The notes below the pieces were generated by a model. That model ran no database searches. It was not told the origin of the DNA and was given only the letters and a program-made list of their open reading frames with translations. From Cyanophora paradoxa CCMP329 (taxonomy: Eukaryota > Plantae > Glaucophyta), in assembly GCA_004431415.1 (NCBI GenBank), contig QPMI01000585.1:1-37018 (forward strand): a stretch of 37,018 bases of DNA, in the 5' to 3' direction. This document shows, one piece after another, positions 30,084 to 37,018 of the stretch (its first letter is position 1; each line of letters begins with the position of its first letter). Made by a program: the position numbers and the translations under genes.

Positions 30084-30425
30084 ATGGAGGCCCTGCTAGA
30101 TCTCATGGCCTTTGCGTTGCCCATCTTCTTCCTGGTAGGCCTCAGCCGCATGGAGCGCGAGGCGCGCCAGCCCGAGCGCGTCGAGCGCGGCCTCACCCCC
30201 GCAGAGCAGCGCAACCTCACCGAGTGGGACCTGGCGCTCATGGCCGGCCGCATGCTCGACGGCAACCGTCTCGAGCCGGGCCACCGCCTCAAGCTAGAGG
30301 ACGGCGGCACGGCCCTCTGGGACGGCGAGGCCTGGAAGCACGATTCGACGGGCGAGCCGATGAAGCTGCTCGCCTCCGGCAACAAGTACTGGCGCGGCGA
30401 CTCGATGGAGTTCCGGCGCCCGTGA
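30084..30425 (+). CDS. Small protein with N-terminal TM/signal segment
   Basis: MEALLDLMAFALPIFFLVGL; TTTTCT upstream. Confidence 0.65.
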   Translation: MEALLDLMAFALPIFFLVGLSRMEREARQPERVERGLTPAEQRNLTEWDLALMAGRMLDGNRLEPGHRLKLEDGGTALWDGEAWKHDSTGEPMKLLASGNKYWRGDSMEFRRP

Positions 30426-30473
30426 TTGCTAGTGATTTTCTGGTCCCTCTTCTAGCCCTTCTACCAGCAAAGA

Positions 30474-30757
30474 ATGCCCGACCCTCGCCCGACCCCGCCG
30501 CAGGTGCCGAGAGCGCGGGCAGCTCGGACGAGTACTCCGAGCTCACGGATCCCGACCCCGACGAGCCCGGCGACGCCTTCGCGACGGAGAACGAGCGCTC
30601 CCTCATGCGCGTCTACGAGGCGCTGCGCGAGGCGATCTACTGGGAGGATCCCCGCCTGGGAACCCTGATGAACTTTGCCAAGTTCGCCGAGTTCATGTTC
30701 GCTATGACCGTGCCCTTCACCCGAGTCGTGCTCTGGGATAGGAACAGGAACTGGTAA
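30474..30757 (+). CDS. Hypothetical protein, probable frameshift near the start
   Basis: ATG 30474 follows ATTTTCT, but the coding-like frame (SSDEYSELTDPD...LMNFAKFAEFMF) is offset. Confidence 0.45.
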
Positions 30758-30784
30758 AGGCATTGAATACAACAGTACAGAGCC

Positions 30785-31162
30785 CTACGAGCTAGAGCTG
30801 CTATCGCCCGAGTCCAGGCGCGCCTTCTTGGCCTTGGAGCGGCGGAGGCGGGAGACGTACTGCAGGCGCAGGTTGCGCACTAGGAGCTCGCCGGCCGTGG
30901 TGCCCGGCAGCCCGGGAACCGAGTCCGTGGGCAGCAGCTGTCCCTCGCGTATCGCCTTGTACGTCTTGCGCTTGTTGAATGCAACCTTCTCCGTATCCTC
31001 CGCGACCGGGACCTCCAGCGCCAGCGTGCGCTTGGCCTTCTTGACGGAGACTGCGTTCGCACGCTCCAGCTTCACTCCGGGCTCCAGGGGGGTAGGGGCG
31101 ACTGCGTTCGCCACCGGGTTCTCAGCGAAGGAAACACGGGGGGAAGAGCCGCCGCGGGGCAT
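30785..31162 (-). CDS. Basic hypothetical protein
   Basis: 125 aa; ATTTTCT upstream. Confidence 0.65.
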   Translation of the reverse strand: MPRGGSSPRVSFAENPVANAVAPTPLEPGVKLERANAVSVKKAKRTLALEVPVAEDTEKVAFNKRKTYKAIREGQLLPTDSVPGLPGTTAGELLVRNLRLQYVSRLRRSKAKKARLDSGDSSSSS

Positions 31163-31178
31163 GGTTCGCTCAGTTTAC

Positions 31179-31505
31179 CTAGCGTTTAGAAAATAGCGCG
31201 CGAGCCTCGAGCACCAGGAGACCCGCCACAACCGCTGCGGCGATGACAACGGCCACCTTGAGCCAGTGCCAGAAGCGCTCGGCCCCGTCCGTCAGCGCGC
31301 GGCCCGCCTTGCCCGGTGCGGTGAGCGCGGAGCCCAGGGCGCCCGCCGCAATGTCGGCCCACGCGCCTCCGTCGCCGCGCAGGACGTTCTCTCGGTTCTT
31401 CGTCTCCACCGTGGCGCCAATCGCCGCGTTGATCTCGCCGAACTGCAGGCGCGGCTGGCCCTTGGGGCCGAAGGTCTTCGTGAGCAGCGCATCGAGCCAG
31501 CTCAT
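31179..31505 (-). CDS. Membrane protein (C-terminal TM)
   Basis: FWHWLKVAVVIAAAVVAGLLVL. Confidence 0.65.
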   Translation of the reverse strand: MSWLDALLTKTFGPKGQPRLQFGEINAAIGATVETKNRENVLRGDGGAWADIAAGALGSALTAPGKAGRALTDGAERFWHWLKVAVVIAAAVVAGLLVLEARALFSKR

Positions 31506-31542
31506 CCTTGGCTAGCTTCCAACCGGGGTTTCGAAAAACTAT

Positions 31543-32022
31543 CTAAATGACCAGGCCGCGCAGGTACCAGACCATCAGGAGCGAGCCGCCCAGCGCCACC
31601 AGCAGCGGCAGGTGCCCGTCCACGGCGCGCCGCATGCGGTTGTCGCACAGCTCCTGGCAGCTCAGCCGGTTGGCCTCGTCGAAGTAGGCGCTCACGGCGT
31701 AGGGGCGGCCGGCCGGCGGGTGCAGCCCCCGGCCCAGGCACGGGTAGGCCTCCGCCTGCCGCCGCGCGGCCAGCGCCGCCGTCGCGGCGTGCGCCGCCTC
31801 CCTCTGCCCCGGCGCGATCGCCACGAGGGGCAGCGCCCCCACGCTCCTGCCCTTGCCCGCCCCCTTGATCGTTTTCAGCGACGGCGGCGCGGGATCCGCC
31901 GCCTTCACCCTGGGCCCCTCCGCCGCCGCCCCACCCTTAGCCCTCGCCGCCTCGCCAATCTTGCTGCATCGCGAATCCGATTTGAACACGGTGCACAGCA
32001 GCTTCTCTACCGCGCTCGACAT
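31543..32022 (-). CDS. Cys-containing membrane protein (C-terminal TM)
   Basis: Five Cys residues and a C-terminal LPLLVALGGSLLMVWYL; ATTTTCT upstream. Confidence 0.65.
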   Translation of the reverse strand: MSSAVEKLLCTVFKSDSRCSKIGEAARAKGGAAAEGPRVKAADPAPPSLKTIKGAGKGRSVGALPLVAIAPGQREAAHAATAALAARRQAEAYPCLGRGLHPPAGRPYAVSAYFDEANRLSCQELCDNRMRRAVDGHLPLLVALGGSLLMVWYLRGLVI

Positions 32023-32351
32023 CTTCGAACGTGTAACGAGAATGAAGAAAATTTAAAAGGGAACGCCAACGGACTCGGAACTCGGAAAGGGGGAGGGGAG
32101 AATGAACTTTGAAAAGTTAGCGCCCGGCGGGGCGCATGCCGGCCGCCGCCTGCGAGGCGCCGCCGGGGGCGTAGAGGGACTTGGCGGCATAGCCGAAGCC
32201 CACGCCTATGACCGCCGAGGCCGTGGGGTGCCGCCGAGGAGCCAGGTGAGGGTCGCGCCAGCGCTCCTAGCGAGTAGTGGGCAGGATAAGCTTCGAAGGC
32301 CATCGCGGGACCGAATTGAGGGAGGGTTGAGAAAAAATACCGCCTCGGGCC

Positions 32352-34780
32352 TCAGTGGTGCAGGTGCCGGAAGCGCGCGTTGTCCTCGGCCTCCTCGCGC
32401 GCCGCCTGCTCCTCCGCCGCGTCGATCTCGCCCGCGAGGCCTCCCGCGCCGCCCGCCTTGCGTACGAGGTGGGCACCGGCGCCCGTCGGTAGCTGTAGCC
32501 GAGGCCCTTCGCCAGCTCCACGGTCCCGTCCTCGAACGCCCGCCAGCTCTCCACGGCCTCCGCCGCGCTCATCCGCTTCGCGCGGAAGCCCGCCTCCAGC
32601 TCGGCGCGGAAGCGGCGGTCTCCTGCATGCGCCGGGCCCAGAGGCCCTGGCGCCGCTCCTCCGCCTCGCGCGCCTGGCGCGCCGCCAGCGCCCGCCGCTC
32701 GGCCTCCTGCTGGGCCCCGAAGCCCTGGATCGCGGAGAGGACGGCGCTGGGGCCGGGGACGGGGCTGGGGCCGTCGGCGCTCGCGGAGGAGGCCGAGCTC
32801 CCGTAGCCGCTCGGGCCCGCGCCGCCGTTCGTCGGGGTACCCTGCCCTTGGATCAGGAGGGGGGCGGGGGAGGGGGGTACGGAGGAAGACGGGGGGTACG
32901 CGGGCCGGACCTGGCGCGGCAGCATCTCGTCGATGCGCTGCTGGCCGGGGCGCTGCTGGGGGGCCGTGGCGGGGCTGGGCGGAGGAAGGCCGGCGCCGAG
33001 TTGCGGGTGCGCTTGCCCTTGCCCTTGGTGTGGGGCTGGACGAGGAAGGGCCCGACGTCGGCCACCGGTCCTTGAACTGGGCGACGGGATCGCGATCGCC
33101 TCCAGCGCCGGCTGGCTCTCGCCGAGGGAGAGCGGGCCTTGGGGACGATGCCGCGGATGTAGGTCTGCCAGATGCCGCGAGCTTGTAGGAGTAGAGGCGG
33201 CACGAGGAGCCGAAGCCGGCGAGGGTCTCGTCCAGCCGGCCGTTCTCGATGTCGGCGCCGACGCGGCGGAGGTGTCGGGGCCCTCCGTGCGCGCGATGTA
33301 CTCGACGATGCCCGCGACGCTCGTCATCCAGCCCTCCGTGTTCGGGGCGGCGACGTAGGTGGTGGGGTCGACGGCGCAGTGGGTGACGATGAAGCGGGTG
33401 AGGGGGCACTTGGTCGTCTCCTGCCAGAAGCCGAGGCGCTGCGCCCGCAGCCACGCCGGCTCGAAGGCCTGGATGCAGGAGGCCTTGCCGTCGGAGAGCG
33501 CGTGGATGATCTTCCAGGCGAAGGTGAAGGCCGCGACCATGAGCGCCGGCAGCTCGTTCTCGCGGATGTCGGAGTGGAGGTAGGTGCGCTTCTTGGCCGG
33601 CTTGTGGTCGAGGGGGATGAGGACGACGCGGGCGAAGAACTCGAGCATGCGGTTCTCGAGCTGCGCCGGGGCAGGTGAGCAAGGGCGCCGGGGAGAAGGA
33701 GGGGAAGGGGAACGGGCGCACCTGCGGGAAGCTGTTGCAGACGATGACAAGCACCTTGCGCGTCGCCTTGGTGCGCACATCGTCGCCGCGGACGTTCTTG
33801 AAGTTGCGGGAGTAGGCGTCGCCGGAGCGCATCTTAAGCTCCTCCTCCGAGCAGGCCCGCGGGTCGAGGCCCTCCGCCATCACCATGCAGATCGCCTCCT
33901 CGCCGCCGTGCTCCGAGAAGGCCGAGCCCTTGGAGGGGCGGTAGACGCAGACGCGGCTTGGCGGCAGGCACTCCGTCATGATCTGCGTCACCATCGACTT
34001 GCCTGTGCCCGACTGGCCCTTGATGATGCCGCAGTACTGCAGCATGGCGCCCTCGGACGGCGGCTCCATCTCCGCGCGCGGCTCCCGGTCGAAGACGGGC
34101 TTGTCGCAGAAGTTCCACGGCCCGACGAGGTTGAAGGCGTAGAGGACGGCCGCCGCGTAGCCGAACTCGTCGGCCGTCACGTAGCCGTTGTCCGCCAGGT
34201 GCTTGACGACGTTGGGCATGAAGGGGTGCAGCATGCCGTACACGGTGGGCCAGTCGCAGGTCTCGGTCGCCTCCTCGATGCCCGCGGGCAGGCGCCCCTG
34301 GATGTAGCAGGTGTTCATGTAGCCCGCGTACCGCTCCCGTGCCTCCTCGTGCGTCATGACGAGGACGCAGGCGCTGCCCGTGCTGTCCTGCGGCGCCCGC
34401 ACCACGAAATCTGCGCAAGGGGCGTCGGCGGGGTACGGGGCGGGGCGCAGGGGTACGGGCGGCGCACGCGTGTCGCAGGCGAAGGCGAAGCCGGGGATGA
34501 CGGGCATCTCGGGGCAGACGTCCTCGAGCTGGAGGGACTCCTCCACGAACGTGCGCGTCCGCCCCGAGAGCACCTCCTTCGAGAAGGTGAACTCGAAGGA
34601 GCCGGGGTTGGACTCGTAGGTCTTGTGGAAGGTCATCGCCAGCAGCTGGATGACCTCCTTCATCGTCCCGCGCCCGGCGTGCCTGTTCGCGCTGACCTTG
34701 TCGTACACGAAGAGGTTCGGGAGCTCGACGTAGAAGGTGGGCGGGGAGTTCGGGCCGTAGGGTCTCTGGCGCACGATCCG
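32352..34780 (-). CDS. Superfamily 3 (D5-like) helicase core and C-terminus, intron-containing, with additional frameshifts downstream
   Basis: Walker A GIIKGQSGTGKS, Walker B-like CMVMAE, motif C VIVCNSFPQ. Removing intron 33661-33721 joins LENRMLEFFARVVLIP (Arg-finger region). Probable stop TGA at 32352-32354 after EEAEDNARFRHLHH. Confidence 0.75.
33661..33721 (-). other. Spliceosomal-type intron (61 nt)
   Basis: CAG|GTGCGC...GCTCAC...GCGCAG|CTC. Phase 0; joins two ORF-track frames exactly. Confidence 0.85.
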
Positions 34781-34931
34781 CTGCGCCGGCAAAAGGGGGT
34801 TAGCGGGGTTCGAACGCGGGAGGGGGGCGCACCGGCCGAAGGCGGCTCGGGCCCAGCGCCTTAAGCAGCTGGGCCACGGCCGCCTCCGGCCTCTAAGGGG
34901 CGGGGCGCGCAGCTAAGGGGGCGGGGCGCAC
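34781..34931 (-). other. Spliceosomal-type intron (151 nt), or two introns (34893-34931 and 34781-34832) around a 60-nt exon
   Basis: Donors AAC|GTGCGC (34931) and CCG|GTGCGC (34832), branch GCTAAC, pyrimidine tract, GCGCAG acceptor (34781). Both solutions keep the frame. Confidence 0.75.
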
Positions 34932-37018
34932 GTTGTTCTTGACGAAGAGGCGGAGCGCATCCTGAATGGCCGCCTCCTTCTTGGACTTGTTGTCCTTGCT
35001 GTACGTTGTCACGTCGTCGTACTTGGACATGTCGATCTCGGGCGCCTCGCGCGGCTGCGCCGCCAGCTCCGCCCGCGCCAGCTCCAGCCTGGTGGCGCGC
35101 GGCGGCTCGCCGTCGCTCTCCGACGCCTGGCCGTCGTCGTGGTCCGCCTCCGCCTCCGCCCGCTGATCGCGCAGCAGCTGCCGCTCGCGCTCGCGCCGCT
35201 GCTGGGCCCGGCGGGAGAGGCGGCCGGCGCGGGGGCCGGAGGGGGCGGAGGGGGCATGTGGCCGAGGGAGGAGGCGGGCGTGGCGACGGGCGTGCCCCGC
35301 GGCGGCGAGGGGATGGGCGGGCGAGGGGGTACCCTGGACGGAGGGCGGCGGGCGCTGCGAGGGCTGCGAGGGGCGGAAGGGACTGAAGGCCGAGGGGTTG
35401 CCGCTCGGGCGCCAGGAGACGTCGGAGGCGGCGGGGCTGGCGGGGGCACGGGGCGGGCGGGCGGCGGGGGGAGGAGGGGCGGCCTGGGGCCGGCGTCGCC
35501 GGGCTCGTCGTCCGAGAACTCCTCGATGGGCGGCGGCGGGGCCGTCGAGGGAGGGGGAGGGCGGGAGGGGTAGAACTCGTCGACGGGGGGCTCGGGCTCG
35601 AAGGTGTCCCCCGCCCCCCGTCGCCGCCAGCTCCGCATCGGGCTCGCCCTCGCGCTCGCGCTCGCGCTCCAGCTCCATCGCGTACTCCTCCGCCACCTCC
35701 AGCTCGCGCCGAGGCCTTCGCGTCCGCCGCCGCCGCCAGCGCGGCCTCCATCTCCATCTCGCGCTCGGCCTCCAGCTCCTCCTCTGTGGGCAGGGTCATT
35801 CCTTTGCGCCTCTGGAACGCCCTAGGCTCAGAAATTAGGGGCGGGGAGGGCGCACCGGCCGCCTGGGGGCCGCCGCCTCCATCTCCTCGCCGAGATCGCG
35901 CCGCGCCGCCGGGGCACCCGCCTCCTCCTCCTCGAACCGCAGGTCGATGTAGGCGGCCTTGCCCTTGCCCTTGCCCTTCGCCTGGGCCTGGGCCTGGGCC
36001 ACGCGCATGGCGCGCGCGAGGCCCTCCGCCGTGATCATGCTGCCGCCGGCCCGGGCGCCCGAGGCGGAGGCCGTCGCCTCGCCGATCGCCGCCTGGAAGG
36101 CCGCGGCCATCGCCTGGCCGGCGCGCGGCAGGCTCCGCGCCCGCTCCAGCTCCTCCTCCGTGAAGTCCAGCGCCCGGGCCGCGGCGGCGGCCTCGGCCTC
36201 GCGCTCCGCCTCGGAATCCGAGTCGGAATCCGAGGACTCCGCGGCCGCGAGCATGGGGCGGGGGCGGGAGGCGGCGGCGGCGGCGGCGGCGGCCGCCTTG
36301 TCGAAGACGGGGACGAAGAAGGTGAGGGCGAGGGTGCGCCGCGGCACCACGTACTTCACGGCGCCGTGGATCATGGGCCGCCGTGCGAGTCCGGCATCGA
36401 GCACCGGCGGATGACCTGCGAGGGGGTTTAAATGGCATCTAAATAGTCTAAATAGCATCTAAATAGCATCCAAATAGCATCCAGCGGCGACCTGCACCAC
36501 GCGGTCGCCGATGGTGACGCCGGGCACCTCGAACTCAGGAACCAGGTCGAAGGCGCAGATGCCCTGGCGCCCGTGGCGGTCCCGGCACGTCCGGCAGGCC
36601 GCCTCCAGCACGATGCGGATGGCGTAGGCGTCGGTGAGGACGCCGGTGTCCGGCCGCTCGCCCCAGACCGCCGAGCTCTCGTGCGCGTGATGAACGCGCG
36701 GCTGTTCCGCATGATGCAGCGCGCCTCGACGCCCATGATGCCCTTCGCCAGCCTCTGCGGGCCGGCGGGGGTCGGCGGGGAGGGGGCACGGGCGGCCGGG
36801 GCGCACCTCGGGCGTGTAGGCCGGGTCCGAGCTGAGCACCAGCAGCCAGAGCAGGTGCGGGGCCGCCTCCGCCATGCGGTTGAAGTAGAACTCCTCCGGG
36901 CCCGCCAGCAGGCCAATCGTGCGCCACTCGCCCTTGGCGATGTGCCGGGCACGGCGCCCATGAGCAGCCGCAGCGCTGCGCCGCGAACAGCCGGCGGGCG
37001 TCGGCATCCGCCCGGGCT
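34932..37018 (-). CDS. Upstream exons of the helicase gene (or an adjacent spliced gene); 5' end outside the window; several frameshifts
   Basis: Coding-like pieces (EEFYFNRMAEAAPHLLWLL; AYAIRIVLEAACRTC; MIHGAVKYVVPRRTLALTFFVPVF; MTLPTEEELE; KEAAIQDALRLFVKNN) are linked by GT-AG introns. Confidence 0.5.
35812..35855 (-). other. Spliceosomal-type intron (44 nt)
   Basis: CCG|GTGCGC..CCTAAT..TTCCAG|AGG removes an in-frame stop and joins APRRP to RRKGMTLP in phase 0. Confidence 0.6.
36416..36491 (-). other. Probable intron (76 nt) containing (GATGCTATTTA)n tandem repeats
   Basis: CAG|GTCGCC ... AT-rich 11-bp repeats ... CCCCCTCGCAG|. A nearby indel is needed for the frame to continue. Confidence 0.5.
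36755..36806 (-). other. Spliceosomal-type intron (52 nt)
   Basis: GAG|GTGCGC..GCCGAC..CCGCAG|AGG joins DPAYTPE to RLAKGIMG in phase 0. Confidence 0.75.

Larger units (their letters stand above)
1..37018. mobile_element. Mriyavirus-like small Nucleocytoviricota-related dsDNA virus genome (free or endogenous), probably near-complete
   Basis: NCLDV-type MCP, A32 ATPase, VLTF3, RuvC-like resolvase, SSB, SF3 helicase and two HUH endonucleases co-occur within about 37 kb, with no DNA or RNA polymerase. This matches the described mriyavirus gene set. Confidence 0.85.

Noticed and set aside
34861-36438. 525-aa Arg/Gly/Pro-rich ORF as a single protein
   Set aside because: Mostly off-frame translation. 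The coding-like segments switch frames at intron boundaries and indels.
1-37018. Polinton/Maverick, virophage or tailed phage
   Set aside because: No protein-primed PolB, retroviral-type integrase, Ulp1-like protease, terminase or portal is visible. The MCP and VLTF3 are NCLDV-type.
1-37018. tRNA/rRNA genes
   Set aside because: No cloverleaf or rRNA-like segment was recognised by eye. A tRNAscan/Infernal run would be needed to exclude them.

Overview
The window looks like most of the genome (about 37 kb, GC-rich, gene-dense, no clear host flank or terminus) of a small eukaryotic dsDNA virus related to Nucleocytoviricota. It best fits the mriyaviruses (proposed class Mriyaviricetes: Yaraviridae/Gamadviridae). 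Recognisable by motif are an NCLDV-type double-jelly-roll major capsid protein, an A32-like packaging ATPase, VLTF3, a RuvC/A22-like resolvase, an SSB, a DUF5767-like protein, a probable penton, an SF3 helicase and two adjacent HUH (rolling-circle Rep-type) endonuclease paralogues. No DNA polymerase, RNA polymerase or integrase is visible. The left 10 kb holds fibre-like genes (FN3 plus Gly-rich domain, S74 chaperone, phage-type HxH repeats). Unusual features read directly from the DNA: (i) the helicase locus is split by several short GT-AG spliceosomal-type introns, nearly all with the donor GTGCGC, whose removal restores the frame, while I found no introns elsewhere; (ii) a four-copy nested inverted-repeat locus at 28.2-29.7 kb, plus a smaller inverted repeat of similar design at 0.25-0.65 kb (candidate origin or terminal junction); (iii) a recurrent ATTT(T)CT motif shortly upstream of most start codons and a CACCTGA motif near putative early genes. 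Many frameshifts, concentrated toward both ends, reflect either long-read errors or decay of an endogenised copy. All family assignments come from motif recognition by eye, not database searches.
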